Source of the DNA: an uncultured Nitrososphaeraceae archaeon
GTDB taxonomy: Archaea; Thermoproteota; Nitrososphaeria; Nitrososphaerales; Nitrososphaeraceae
Direction: 5' to 3'
Length of the DNA: 64,000 nt
NCBI GenBank assembly: GCA_963779615.1
Contig: CAVZZA010000004.1
Location: 192,001 to 256,000 of the forward strand
Part shown: piece by piece, positions 42,208 through 57,732 of the stretch
How the letters are laid out: the number at the start of each line of letters is the position of its first letter
Numbering within the stretch: position 1 is the first letter of the stretch
Translations under genes and position numbers: made by a program
Notes under the pieces: model-generated
Database searches by the model: none
Told to the model about the DNA's origin: nothing
What the model saw: the letters and a program-made list of their open reading frames with translations, nothing else

Positions 42208-43034
42208 GAAGAATGAATGAAAAAAACAAAGTGAAATCCCTGTTTGAAAGCCTTTCTAAAAAAGGAGAAAAAGCATTGATTTGCTACATTGTAGGGGGAT
42301 ACCCAGATGTAGAAACGTCTAAGGAAATCATAAAAACCCTAATAGATTCGGGTGCAGATATCATTGAAATAGGCATACCCTTTTCAGATCCTATGGCAGA
42401 TGGGCCCATCATTCAAAGCGCGTTAATAAAATCACTAGCAAAAGGAACAACGCCACTAGTATGCTTTAACATTGTAAGGGAATTAAGGAAAACCTACAGC
42501 AATACACCTTTTCTTTTCATGACATATTCAAACATTGTGTTTTCAAATAATTTGAACAATTTTTTAAAAGCCGCAAAAAAAAGTGACATAGACGGATTTA
42601 TCATACCGGATTTGAACATTGAGGATTCTCAAGACTACATCAACATTACAAAAAAATTAGGGTTGGCAACAATATTCTTGTGTGCCCCCAATACAAGTAA
42701 TAAGAGATTGGTTGAAATAGCATCAACCTCCTCTGGATTTGTGTATATGGTTTCAGTTTTTGGCATTACCGGATCAAGAAACAAATTTGAAAAATATACT
42801 TTTGAGGCAATATCTACAACCAGGGAAATTACCAACAGATGCAAAATTCCCCTTGCTGTTGGCTTTGGAATAAGCAGCCCCAGTGATGGAAAAAAAATGC
42901 TAAAATCAGGCGCAGATGGAATAATTGTGGGAAGTTCCTTAATGAAAATAATCATGGAGAATGAAAAAGACAAAGACAAAATGTTGTTGCTTTTGAGTAA
43001 CTTTACAAAGGATTTAAAGAAAATATGTAGATAG
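42204..43034 (+). CDS. trpA: Tryptophan synthase alpha chain
   Basis: [35 protein letters not shown]. Confidence 0.96.
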   Translation: MRRMNEKNKVKSLFESLSKKGEKALICYIVGGYPDVETSKEIIKTLIDSGADIIEIGIPFSDPMADGPIIQSALIKSLAKGTTPLVCFNIVRELRKTYSNTPFLFMTYSNIVFSNNLNNFLKAAKKSDIDGFIIPDLNIEDSQDYINITKKLGLATIFLCAPNTSNKRLVEIASTSSGFVYMVSVFGITGSRNKFEKYTFEAISTTREITNRCKIPLAVGFGISSPSDGKKMLKSGADGIIVGSSLMKIIMENEKDKDKMLLLLSNFTKDLKKICR

Positions 43035-43071
43035 TTTTTTTATCAGGTATCGGCGGCGGTTTTTTAACAAG

Positions 43072-43881
43072 ATGAACGAAAAAGAGTTAAAGGATAGATT
43101 TATCGACTTTCTTAAAAACAATAACAGTCATAATTTTTTTCCAAAATGCGACGTTACCCCAAACAACATCATAGAAATAAGGAATGAGGGGTTGAACAAA
43201 AAATTCGACTTTATTTTGGCAATGATTAAACCAAAGGACCTGAATACGAAAAAAATTAGAAACAAATCTATTGAAATTGATGCGGATCTGAAAGGTATTT
43301 TTTTTAGAAACCAATTGCTCAAGTCCATTTCAGAAAAATACAAAATAAAAATACAAAATTTAATTATCTACCCCATTGAAATCAAATCAGACAAAGACAA
43401 ACTTGATGAACGGCTAGCAAATCAAATCATTGAAGCAATTTTAATTTTTGGCCGTTCAATCGTAATTTTAGACAATGACCATGCCACCAAAATAAAAAAA
43501 AACGGACTTAGCAAGATAGTGCCGTCAACGATAATTGGATATTCCAATGAAAAAAAAACATTTTTTTTACAGAATAACTACAATAGGATATATTCAGATA
43601 GTCTTCTTAACATTGATAAAATCAACCTCATTAAAACACTTGAAAATTCTAAAGTAGATGTCAATTATAATGATCTGCACAGAAACTTGAGGAATATTCA
43701 GAATATAAACCAAAAATTGATTTATAACAAGATTTTCAACAACGACATATCTTTGTTTGATGACGAAATTCAATTTATAAAAAACTTTTCAAACATCAAC
43801 CAAAAGATTTCCCTGAAAAAGGAAATAATAAGGCTAGTGAAGGAATCAAAAAACTACAAAATTACCGAATTTATCAGTTAA
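43072..43881 (+). CDS. Hypothetical protein, possible PD-(D/E)xK fold
   Basis: FD.ILA...IEIKSDKDKLDERLANQ. Confidence 0.6.
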   Translation: MNEKELKDRFIDFLKNNNSHNFFPKCDVTPNNIIEIRNEGLNKKFDFILAMIKPKDLNTKKIRNKSIEIDADLKGIFFRNQLLKSISEKYKIKIQNLIIYPIEIKSDKDKLDERLANQIIEAILIFGRSIVILDNDHATKIKKNGLSKIVPSTIIGYSNEKKTFFLQNNYNRIYSDSLLNIDKINLIKTLENSKVDVNYNDLHRNLRNIQNINQKLIYNKIFNNDISLFDDEIQFIKNFSNINQKISLKKEIIRLVKESKNYKITEFIS

Positions 43882-44233
43882 CCGTTACTAAACCAGTTTC
43901 ATCATTAGCATAGCCAAGAAAATTTATCCTAATTATATGGATTTTCCCCCTTCCAACTGGAAAAGTGATTTCCAAATCATCCAACCTGTCAGATGTTTCC
44001 TGTCCTTCTATTTTTTTGATAACTACATGAATAGTCTCATGAGAAATTACCCTTTCAATTAAAGATTCAATATGACCAAAGCTGTCTAGTCCATTCATCT
44101 CCGAGAACTTGGACTTTACAAGCATTAACGAATATCCTATCAGCTTGTTTTGGGAATATTCTGGGTTATCATATGTGCAGTATTCCTGAGACTCATCAAA
44201 AGAACATGCAACAAAAACATCTATTATCCCCAC
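43874..44233 (-). CDS. Small protein with HExxH motif
   Basis: ERVISHETIHVVI. Confidence 0.6.
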   Translation of the reverse strand: MGIIDVFVACSFDESQEYCTYDNPEYSQNKLIGYSLMLVKSKFSEMNGLDSFGHIESLIERVISHETIHVVIKKIEGQETSDRLDDLEITFPVGRGKIHIIRINFLGYANDETGLVTVN

Positions 44234-44336
44234 AGAATATTTTTACAAATTCTAATAAAAAAAATTTACGCAACAACAATGCGGGCAAATAAATAAGTAT
44301 GGATTATATCAAACTGACCATTTTAGATATTTAGTT

Positions 44337-46289
44337 ATGCGGATTTTACAATTACATGTTGATTATGTAGAATATTATCCGATTAGTAAAGAAATTAACG
44401 AAGCTGAGTCTGAGACGATTAAGGAAAAAAAGAGAATTGAAGACACAGTCGTCATTTTGATGTCTATTGAAAAGAATGACAACAATGAATCAATAATCAA
44501 GGACCTGGTCAATGAAGTTAAAACATATCTTGACAAAATTAAATGTGGTTCAATTTTACTGTACCCTTATTCTCACTTAAGTTCTAATCTGGAAACACCC
44601 AGTGAGGCCTATAGCGTGTTATTGAAAATAGAGAAAAATTTTAAGGAAAACTTGGGTGACGAAAAGGTTTTTAGGGCTCCCTTTGGCTGGACAAAAGAAC
44701 TAAATCTAAAAATCAAAGGACACCCATTGGCTGAAAACTCTAAAGCCTTTACAAGGAAAGAGGAAGGGAAAGGGGAGGAGAAGGAAGATGCAAACAACAA
44801 ACTGATTGATAAGAATGAAGATAGTGCATCATCATCAACAACATCATCCACAGTATCTACTGCACTAACTGCTGAAAATTCACTAAAGTCTTATTGGTAT
44901 GTTTTAGATACTCAAGGAAATTTGATCCCTTACGCAGACTATGCTTTTCAAAAAAGTGAAGAAAATTTAAAAATGCTATTTAACTATGAGCTGTCTAAGA
45001 AAAGGGTTGTTGATGAGCAACCACCTCATGTTAAACTAATGAAAAAACTAGGGATAGCGGATTATGAACCCGCCTCTGACCCAGGCAACATGAGATTTTA
45101 TCCAAAAGGCAGATTGATAAAGTCTCTTTTGGAACAATTTATAACAACAAAAGTCTCACAATATGGCGGACTTGAGGTTGAGACACCCATCATGTATGAC
45201 TCCCATCATCCCTCCATGGAAAGTTACTTTAACAGGTTTCCAGCAAGGCAATACAACCTCAAGTCAGATCAAAAGGAACTTTTCCTTCGTTTTGCTGCTT
45301 GTTTTGGCCAATTCTTAATGGCAAAAGACCTTCAGATTTCATATAAAAACTTACCATTAAAACTGTATGAGCTTACGAGATACAGTTTTAGAAGGGAGAA
45401 AAGCGGAGAGCTCGTTGGCTTGAGAAGGCTGAGGGCATTTAGTATGCCGGATTGTCATGCCTTTTGCAAAGATATGGAACAATCAAAAGCTGAATTTATG
45501 AAAAGAATAGCCCTTTCCATATCAGTTATTGAAGAAACTGGGCTTTCTCTGTCTGAAGATCTAGAGATGGCAATCAGATTTACAGAGGATTTTTATCTAG
45601 ACAACAAGGATTTTATAAAACAGATTTCCCTTAAAATAAAAAAACCGATATTGGTAGAAATGTGGAAAGAAAAATTCTTTTACTTTATACTAAAATGGGA
45701 ATTTAATTACATAGACAATTTAGGAAAAGCATCTGCACTGTCTACAGACCAAATTGATGTAGAAAATGCATTGCGGTACGGAATTACGTTTATAGATGAG
45801 AATGGCGACAAGAAACATCCCATAATTTTGCACAACTCTCCTAGTGGAGCTATAGAAAGGGTGATTTTTGCATTGCTGGAGAAATCATCCAAAATGATGA
45901 AACAGGGAAAAATACCGTTTTTACCGCTATGGTTAATGAATACCCAAATTCGGTTAATTCCAGTAAATACGAATTTTATCTCAAAATGCATGGAAATCAG
46001 CAACTATCTCAAAGAGAACAGAATTCGTGTTGACATAGATGACAGAGATGAATCGCTGTCTAAACGCATAAGGGAGGCTGAAATGGAGTGGATTCACTAT
46101 ATTGCCATAATTGGCGAAAAAGAAAGATCCGGAAATGTTGTTTCTATTCGAGATAGGCTTGATAAAACTAATTATGAGTTAACAAATGAGGAGATAAAGG
46201 AAAAGATAGGCAGCAAAGTCAAAGACAAGCCCTTTATGCCCCTAAATCTACCTGATTTATTGTCATTGCGACCTAAAATAATGACTTGA
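44337..46289 (+). CDS. thrS: Threonyl-tRNA synthetase (archaeal type with N-terminal editing domain)
   Basis: MRILQLH, YPYSHLS, APFGW.K, GHPLAE, LRFAACFG, FRREKSGE, AFSMPDCH, HNSPSGAIER. Confidence 0.95.
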   Translation: MRILQLHVDYVEYYPISKEINEAESETIKEKKRIEDTVVILMSIEKNDNNESIIKDLVNEVKTYLDKIKCGSILLYPYSHLSSNLETPSEAYSVLLKIEKNFKENLGDEKVFRAPFGWTKELNLKIKGHPLAENSKAFTRKEEGKGEEKEDANNKLIDKNEDSASSSTTSSTVSTALTAENSLKSYWYVLDTQGNLIPYADYAFQKSEENLKMLFNYELSKKRVVDEQPPHVKLMKKLGIADYEPASDPGNMRFYPKGRLIKSLLEQFITTKVSQYGGLEVETPIMYDSHHPSMESYFNRFPARQYNLKSDQKELFLRFAACFGQFLMAKDLQISYKNLPLKLYELTRYSFRREKSGELVGLRRLRAFSMPDCHAFCKDMEQSKAEFMKRIALSISVIEETGLSLSEDLEMAIRFTEDFYLDNKDFIKQISLKIKKPILVEMWKEKFFYFILKWEFNYIDNLGKASALSTDQIDVENALRYGITFIDENGDKKHPIILHNSPSGAIERVIFALLEKSSKMMKQGKIPFLPLWLMNTQIRLIPVNTNFISKCMEISNYLKENRIRVDIDDRDESLSKRIREAEMEWIHYIAIIGEKERSGNVVSIRDRLDKTNYELTNEEIKEKIGSKVKDKPFMPLNLPDLLSLRPKIMT

Positions 46290-46320
46290 ACAATACCATT
46301 TAACTGCATGTTAAGCACGG

Positions 46321-47304
46321 TTAGTTTTTAATGAATTTGTGCGTGAGAATTCTCATAAGGGTTTGGGTGGCTAGGGTGCCTTCCCTATAGTCATTATTTT
46401 TCAATCCGGTTTCTACAAAATCAAGCCCAGTCAGATTAGACGAATCATCAATGTTATTGATTATTTCAATTATTTGAAATGGGTTTAATCCAAATGGTTC
46501 AGGGGTTCCAGTGCAAGGAACATATGAAATATCATAAACGTCTATATCAAATGAGATGTAAACACTCCTATTCTCGGTTTTTTCCTTTATTCCGTTTAGC
46601 ACGGTGGCAAATGAATTATGGCAGTCCCAAGCATCAAAAGTCATAATGCCGTTTTTGGATGCAAAGTCGTTCTCATTTTTGTCGGCCTGCCTAATTCCTA
46701 TTTGAACAAGATCTGAACCTTTCAGGTATCCCTCCGTTATTAAATGATAAAATGGAGTGGTATGACAGATTTTCATTCCATTGTAAGTTGGCTTTAAATC
46801 TCGGTGAGCATCAAAATGCAGCAATACGGGATTCTTTTTTGAAAACTCTTTAAATACGGAGTAAGTGATTGTGTGTTCTCCCCCCAGAAGGACAGGAGTT
46901 TTTTTTAAGCTCATCAATATAGACATTATTTCAGAAATTTGACTGTCAAACTCACCCCAGAATAACTCTATATCCTTTTTTTTGCTATCAGGATTAGGAA
47001 CATCATTAGATAATAGTAGATCACCCAAATCAAATACGAGAGACCTTTCAAAAATTTCGAGATTTTTTTCAAAAACGAGCGTTTCTATTTGATTTGCAGA
47101 TGTTTTTCTGATAGCTTCCGGACCGGAAGAAGCAGTTTTACCAAATGTGGTGGTTATGTCGATAGGAAGGCCGACAATGTTTATATTTGAATCCTGGAAA
47201 GAGACAGGTTTTGGAATGTCACAAAAACTACATCCGGAATTTGTATCTTCTGGTTTAACAAAAAAACCTTCCAAGGACGATAAATTTTTCAAAGTCATAG
47301 CCAT
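46321..47304 (-). CDS. Agmatinase/arginase (ureohydrolase) family protein
   Basis: GPEAIR, GGEHTIT, FDAHRD, SFDIDVYD, GTPEPFG. Confidence 0.88.
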   Translation of the reverse strand: MAMTLKNLSSLEGFFVKPEDTNSGCSFCDIPKPVSFQDSNINIVGLPIDITTTFGKTASSGPEAIRKTSANQIETLVFEKNLEIFERSLVFDLGDLLLSNDVPNPDSKKKDIELFWGEFDSQISEIMSILMSLKKTPVLLGGEHTITYSVFKEFSKKNPVLLHFDAHRDLKPTYNGMKICHTTPFYHLITEGYLKGSDLVQIGIRQADKNENDFASKNGIMTFDAWDCHNSFATVLNGIKEKTENRSVYISFDIDVYDISYVPCTGTPEPFGLNPFQIIEIINNIDDSSNLTGLDFVETGLKNNDYREGTLATQTLMRILTHKFIKN

Positions 47305-47332
47305 TAACCGTAATAATAATTTTTAAATCATC

Positions 47333-50056
47333 TTAATTCCAGAATAACTCATCTAAATTTGCTTGCCGTGGCTTTCCAATTATTGATTTGAAATTTAAAT
47401 TTAAGGATGAAAGAATTTGATCAAATGTTGATTCCATGGCCTCTAGATATTTTTCAGTGTCAATGTCATTTTGGTTGGCTAATGCCACAGGTTTAACGCC
47501 ATCAAGAGTCCTGGTCTTCACATATGAAATAATATCTCCTGCCTTTACCTGTTTACCTATTTCAACCAATTGATTTGCCGCTTTTATATGCTGGGGAATA
47601 CCCTTTATATTTTCAAAATCTTTTTCCTTGCCATCCAAAGAGGGGGATTTATCATACCGCCTCTCAGTTGTTTTGATGCCATAACTACTTGGCGCCTTGT
47701 TAATCATAACGTTAAAGCTTAATTCCTCCAAGGAAATTCTTTTTTTTTCCAAGTTTTCTGCAATTGATTGGACTATTTTTTTTATCTTTTCCTTTGCTTT
47801 CTCAAAATCTTTTTCTGAAAATATTTCTTTGAGGACATTCAAAATTTCATAGAAAGCTTGCCTTATTATTGGAGGTGTATGAGATTTTTTTCCAGTTAAT
47901 CCTTTAACATCGACAGTCCCATCCTCCAATACACCTAGGTAGTTCTTTTTTAAGTCGCTAAAAACTACGTATCGATATCGTTTATCTATTTCTAAATCTA
48001 TGCCTAATTCTTTTTTAGACCAGGAAGAAATTCCATCTAATCCTTCCTTGGAAGGATTCTTTAGGAACAGAGAATCCGTATCACCATAAACAACCTCAAT
48101 TTTTTCTTCATTGCATTTTTCAATAGTTTTTGTTGTGGTTATCCTTCCAACCGCCGCGGTAGCCTCAGCTACAGGTAAACAATAGAGAGGAAATATTTCG
48201 GCACCCATAACTCCATACGTAGCATTTAAAATGACCTTTATAGCCTGACTGATCACACTGTAAAGTTGTTTATCCTCTTTACCCAAAGAATTATCCTTTG
48301 ACAGAAATTTATAATAATTAACTCGCAGATCCCTTAAGGTTCCTATCAATATTGAGGTCATTCCTTGTTTTTCCTTGCAAACCCAGTGGTTTGTTTGCTC
48401 AATATGTGTCAACGGATCGTTCCTGCAGTTTTCATGGGGACAATTGACTGTTTCATAAGATAGATTGTGAACTTTAATTATGCTGGGATACAGACTAGCA
48501 AAATCTACAACTATGACATTGAAATGAATGCCTAAAACTGGCTCAACTACCAAACCCCCTCTATACTTTTTTTCTTTTATAATAGCAACTGTAGACGATG
48601 TTCCTTTTTTTTGTAATTCATCCTTGCGAGGAATAATGATGTTTTGCTGTCTATGCTCAAAAAACATCATAGATCTGATCCATTGATTTACCCCGAACCT
48701 AGTTATATCTTCTATAGACATTCTGGATATTCTGGAAATGATAATTAACAATTTCATAAGCAAATTGTCATTAAAGGACGTCAATCGAAAAGTCAGATCT
48801 GCATCTTTGAGGCAATACTCGGCTAGTTTTTCTAATGGGAGATCACCTATGCTTTCATCAAAGTCTATTTTTGAATCATTTAAAAGCGCTTCGCATATTG
48901 CGTTTAGAGTAAATTCAGAGTATTTATGACTAAAAGCATAATTCTGCACAGATTTGTTTTGAAATGTCCTGAATAAATCGATATGAATGCCATGTTTCAA
49001 AGAAACGGGGTCCGCCTGAATACCCCTTTTGATAAAAGAGTCTTTTTTAACCAAAATAGGCACCAATTCTTTACTAATAGGTTTTTTGTGCAATGGATCT
49101 ATTGACGGGTCTTGAGATCTAGCATATAAATAAGGTAAATCAAAATCATCACCATTAAAAGTTAAAAGAATTGGATAATTTTGAATTACAGTAAAAACTT
49201 TTTGTATCATATCCTTTTCGCTATCACACAATTCGACGGTTGCTGCGTCTAGTTTGGAGGGATCAAAATTTGGATCTTTTTTTAAAACGAATACCTTCCT
49301 GAATCCATCGGATGCCGATAAACCCACTGCGGTAATTACTTTGTCGTGATCTCTAGCTGTTGGCATCCTTCCCTCTTCAGAGTCCACTTCTATATCTAAA
49401 GAAATTCTTTTGATGTCGGGAATAGGTTGGTTTAATAACCTTGACCATTTTAACAGAAACTCATCGTATTCATTACTGTTTGACTCTTTTTTTTTAAAAC
49501 TAGGTTTAATAAGATTATCCAGATATTTGTCAACTTTCTCAGGAATTGGAAATTCATGAAAAACCAAATTATTGCCCACCCTGTTATAAAATGCTCCTGG
49601 AATTAGACCCAAATCGAACAAATAACTTTCATGGTATTTAATATCAGCTTCCCAAGAAGTAACCTTTTCCCTAAAACTATTATCTGTTCCACCAATAGAA
49701 AGAGGGTCGGGGGCAATTATTTTAAAAACTGATATTTCCCTGTCTACAATATCATCCATTTTTTTTATTTTTTCTAGTTTAAATCTGTGTGACTCTTTGC
49801 TAACTATTGTTCTAACCTGGTCAGCATAGAGTTCCTTTACAAAGCAATAAGGTTGATGTTTATTAACATGATTTTCAATAAAGGATTCACTCCAAAAGTA
49901 TATTTGAGAATCTTCTGGATTGTAAAATTTTAAGAATACTGATTTTTTCTCCCCTATGTAAACAGAAGAAAGTAACAATGATGGAACATTTTCTGGAAGT
50001 TTTTTTTGATAATAATTATTTTTTTCCTCCAGAGACAAGTCGGATTTTATCACCAT
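47333..50056 (-). CDS. polB: Family B DNA polymerase
   Basis: SLDIEV (ExoI), FNGDDFD, YCLKDA, DFASLYPSII, KVILNATYG, YGDTDS, KKNY. Confidence 0.96.
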   Translation of the reverse strand: MVIKSDLSLEEKNNYYQKKLPENVPSLLLSSVYIGEKKSVFLKFYNPEDSQIYFWSESFIENHVNKHQPYCFVKELYADQVRTIVSKESHRFKLEKIKKMDDIVDREISVFKIIAPDPLSIGGTDNSFREKVTSWEADIKYHESYLFDLGLIPGAFYNRVGNNLVFHEFPIPEKVDKYLDNLIKPSFKKKESNSNEYDEFLLKWSRLLNQPIPDIKRISLDIEVDSEEGRMPTARDHDKVITAVGLSASDGFRKVFVLKKDPNFDPSKLDAATVELCDSEKDMIQKVFTVIQNYPILLTFNGDDFDLPYLYARSQDPSIDPLHKKPISKELVPILVKKDSFIKRGIQADPVSLKHGIHIDLFRTFQNKSVQNYAFSHKYSEFTLNAICEALLNDSKIDFDESIGDLPLEKLAEYCLKDADLTFRLTSFNDNLLMKLLIIISRISRMSIEDITRFGVNQWIRSMMFFEHRQQNIIIPRKDELQKKGTSSTVAIIKEKKYRGGLVVEPVLGIHFNVIVVDFASLYPSIIKVHNLSYETVNCPHENCRNDPLTHIEQTNHWVCKEKQGMTSILIGTLRDLRVNYYKFLSKDNSLGKEDKQLYSVISQAIKVILNATYGVMGAEIFPLYCLPVAEATAAVGRITTTKTIEKCNEEKIEVVYGDTDSLFLKNPSKEGLDGISSWSKKELGIDLEIDKRYRYVVFSDLKKNYLGVLEDGTVDVKGLTGKKSHTPPIIRQAFYEILNVLKEIFSEKDFEKAKEKIKKIVQSIAENLEKKRISLEELSFNVMINKAPSSYGIKTTERRYDKSPSLDGKEKDFENIKGIPQHIKAANQLVEIGKQVKAGDIISYVKTRTLDGVKPVALANQNDIDTEKYLEAMESTFDQILSSLNLNFKSIIGKPRQANLDELFWN

Positions 50057-50534
50057 ATTTTTATTTCATTCATCCTTTTAAAAATTAATGACTTGATTTT
50101 TTGGAAAAGCCGCCGAATTCAAAATGCCCAAAAACATCAAGATTGCTGTCATGACAAGGTTATTTTTGAAAAGGTTAATGCATTATGATTCAAAGACTCT
50201 AAGGTGCAAAAGGATATTCCTATAATGTTGTCCAGGTGAGACAAATTGTTAAATTTGTATTGTCCATAACCACACAGCAAAATAAAAACAAGAAGAATTA
50301 GATTTAAAAAATTAGTGTTTAGTTTTCGCTATCCTATCAAAGATTGTAAGCAATGGATATACGAACTTAAAATAAAGAAAAAGATAAAATATTTCAGTAG
50401 GATGCACAAGTGTAATTACTTTTAAAATGTCAATAAAAGGGAAGCTCATTTAAACATCGTCAAGAGGGAGGCAAGAAGCCTTGGATAAAGGGATATGTAC
50501 TGCGTTTTTGCAGTTTTGTATGATTTTAAAGGGT

Positions 50535-50552
50535 AAAAATAAGATTTATATT
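50535..50552 (+). promoter_or_regulatory. Putative BRE/TATA promoter of the rRNA operon
   Basis: A-rich run followed by TTTATATT just before the GC-richer, structured leader begins. Confidence 0.4.
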
Positions 50553-50724
50553 GACAGCCACGCCACGAGTAATAGAACGCGTCCAAGACAAAAGGCGGCG
50601 TCGGTGATGAAGTTGGCTTGTGCCATAATGTGATTTACTGACCTCCAGATGCGCTCGTTACATTACCGATTAACATCATAATATTAAAAACAGTGGAATG
50701 ATGGATGGGGATTCGATCAGCACA

Positions 50725-50776
50725 TCGGAACTGACTTGATAGATCGAATCTGACATGGGAAGATCAGATAGACATT
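50725..50776 (+). other. 5' strand of the pre-16S processing stem
   Basis: ctgacttgat pairs with gtcaagtcag (about 53002-53011) and atcagatagacatt pairs with aatgtctatctggt (about 52971-52984). Confidence 0.7.
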
Positions 50777-51156
50777 GAAAAAGATTTATTATAATAGCAC
50801 AAAAGGCATTATAAGCAGAATTTGTGTTTCTGTAATGACATGTGATATGGTATAATGCTTAAGAAAACTAAAAAATAGACAAGTATAGTAAAGTTTTTCT
50901 TTCTTTTTCGATCGTACTCTCTTTCTCTGCTTCTGCACACCTGCCGTTGCCTGCTTTTCCAAAGAAAAAAACGGGCATGCCGGTAGTGGCAGATGCAGAG
51001 AAAAAACTCAATAAGCGTTCTTTTGTGTTGATCATTGCCATTTCTTTTTTCCTCGCGTTCATCCCGCAACTGGGGGGCAAAGGGGGGAAGAGGAACAGGG
51101 AGTGAGAGACCAAAACTACGTATACTAAAGCAAAAGTCAACCGATAGGTAATAAAT

Positions 51157-51224
51157 AATGCATGTGTGTGTTTTGTGATGTTTTGTCATGAAAGCAAAGC
51201 AAAGCAAAATGCATGTGTGTGTTT
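51157..51224. repeat. Direct repeat AATGCATGTGTGTGTTT x2 flanking (AAAGC)x3 in the rRNA leader
   Basis: Read directly at about 51157 and about 51208. Confidence 0.7.
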
Positions 51225-51254
51225 ATCATCTATGTTTTCATTATTATTTTTTTG

Positions 51255-52723
<1,469 letters not shown>

Positions 52724-53223
52724 TAGTTATCATCTTGCAACACAGAGCATAAGACAAAAAGAGAAAAATGGGTGAAGAGGGAGGAAAACTCAACTAACCA
52801 ACCAACTTACTTGTTTCCTTGAAGTTTTTGGATGCTTTATATGGTTTTATGTGCGTTGCAAACGCGGAAACTGCTGATGATGTCTGTGCAAGTATTATGA
52901 TGAACAGCAATATTACGCTCTGTGAGAGAATATACGACATATGGTCTCAGAGAGCAGTTAATTAATATTAAATGTCTATCTGGTATTTTTGCATGCATAA
53001 AGTCAAGTCAGTATTACCGAACAAAAAAAACCACTGAATTAGTAAATAAAAAAAAACGGATGCAATTCTTTGTCACAAAACTGAGGAGTTGGGGAGACAA
53101 AGGATGAAGTTGGCGTAGCAGAGTACCCTACATAAAATGTAGTGGTGCTGCCTGCGATGATGCCGTGTATAGGATCAAACCATTAAAAAACATAACAAAT
53201 ACATTAGAATATATTAAAATCAT

Positions 53224-53274
53224 AATGATTCACGTAAAAATGAAATAGTGAATAATTAACAAAATAATGTATAT
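53224..53274 (+). other. 5' strand of the pre-23S processing stem with BHB-like motif
   Basis: aatgattc-acgt-aaaa-atgaaat pairs with atttcat-gcgt-aaa-gagtcatt (about 56412-56433); ttaacaaaata pairs with tattttgttaa (about 56394-56404). Confidence 0.7.
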
Positions 53275-53377
53275 CTGGTTGTAGCGCAGTGTAATATATT
53301 AAAAACATACCAAGTTTTATTCTAAAAAAATAGAAATAAATTAGTTATTACCATCAATAGAAAATAAAACTGGAGCT

Positions 53378-56331
<2,954 letters not shown>

Positions 56332-56541
56332 TGTTGACAAAACAAAACCGACAGACAGAAAAAAAGGATAAAGGCTAAAACTAAATATACGCATATTTTG
56401 TTAAACTCATCATTTCATGCGTAAAGAGTCATTTAGTTTATCGATATGTATCTGATTATTGTTATGTAGTATGTTTTAATGGATATTGATCATAAAATTT
56501 AAGTATAGCCCATATTATCTATCAAGAGTATAACTATTAGA

Positions 56542-57360
56542 ATGAGTTTGGTTTCGGATGAAGAAAGAAACGAGACAATGGATTTTATAAATATATTAGG
56601 ATATAGCATACGATATATCAAAATAGACAAAACAAATTCAAATGAAACCATAATTCTGCTTCATGGTATTGGAGCTTCTGCAGAACGATGGTCAGAATTA
56701 TTTCCTTTACTAGATGATTATAACGTAATTATACCAGACATCATTGGTTTTGGTTACAGTGAAAAGCCAAGGATAGAATACAACATAGATTTATTTGTAA
56801 GGTTTTTGGATGAATTGTTTCTAAAATTTGAAGTCAAAAACCCTATAATGGTAGGCTCCTCTTTTGGAGGTCAACTGATTTTAGAGTATCATTTTAGGCA
56901 TAAAGACTTTTTTAAGAAAATGATCCTGGTGTCCCCGGCCGGCACACAAGAGAGGCCGACACTGGCGTTAAGGCAATACACCTACTCATCTTTATACCCA
57001 ACCAGGGAAAATACCGAAAGAGCTTTTAAAATGATGTCACATAACAATCATCAAGTAAAAGAATCAACAATAAAGGATTTTATAAACAGGATGAAGCAAC
57101 CCAATGCAAAACACTCATTTGTATCAACACTTTTAGCACTGAGAAAAAATAGTGATTTGCAAGACAGCTTGAAAGAAATCAAAATTCCCACTTTGGTGAT
57201 ATGGGGAGAAAACGACACCACTATTCCGGTAGAGAACATAGAGTACTTTAGAGGCATTCCTTTTGTAAAAACACGTATTATGGAGGGTTGCGGTCATGTA
57301 CCTTTTGTTGAAAACCCTCTTGAATTTTACAAAATAGTGAAAAAATTTATCGAATCCTAA
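56542..57360 (+). CDS. Alpha/beta hydrolase
   Basis: LLHGIG, D..GFGYS, GSSFGG nucleophile elbow, WGEND, GHVPF.E. Confidence 0.88.
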   Translation: MSLVSDEERNETMDFINILGYSIRYIKIDKTNSNETIILLHGIGASAERWSELFPLLDDYNVIIPDIIGFGYSEKPRIEYNIDLFVRFLDELFLKFEVKNPIMVGSSFGGQLILEYHFRHKDFFKKMILVSPAGTQERPTLALRQYTYSSLYPTRENTERAFKMMSHNNHQVKESTIKDFINRMKQPNAKHSFVSTLLALRKNSDLQDSLKEIKIPTLVIWGENDTTIPVENIEYFRGIPFVKTRIMEGCGHVPFVENPLEFYKIVKKFIES

Positions 57361-57416
57361 TTTTTAACATAAATATTATATTCAACATTAAAATATTATC
57401 GAATCAAATCACTTCT

Positions 57417-57719
57417 ATGAGCAACGAGAATGAAGAAAATAAAGATAATTTAGATTTTAAGAAATCAATTGAAAAAGCTGCGGAATTCCAGCAGGATTTA
57501 TTGCGACAGTTCTCCACAATTCAATACAATGCATTTCAGAATATGTTTTCATCTCTACAAGGGTTTACGAATTATAATGCCATGTTTAAAACTACTGTAC
57601 AAACGGGTGGGAGAATCTCAATCCCCGAAGCAGAAAGAAATGCTTTGGGAATTGAGGAGGGTGACCTAGTTCAAGTTATAATTATACCACTAACAAGGAA
57701 AAAGAAAAGCACTGGTTAA
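57417..57719 (+). CDS. AbrB/SpoVT-domain protein (PhaR-like candidate)
   Basis: FKTTVQTGGRISIPEAERNALGIEEGDLVQV; amphipathic N-terminus; adjacent to phaC. Confidence 0.8.
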   Translation: MSNENEENKDNLDFKKSIEKAAEFQQDLLRQFSTIQYNAFQNMFSSLQGFTNYNAMFKTTVQTGGRISIPEAERNALGIEEGDLVQVIIIPLTRKKKSTG

Positions 57720-57732
57720 AACAATAAATCTA

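Noticed and set aside
50697-50755. Possible stand-alone C/D box sRNA (ATGATG...CTGA...CTGA)
   Set aside because: The segment is better explained as the 5' strand of the 16S processing stem, and box C is imperfect
50809-51207. 132-aa and 90-aa minus-strand ORFs
   Set aside because: They lie antisense within the rRNA leader and have low-complexity, non-protein-like composition
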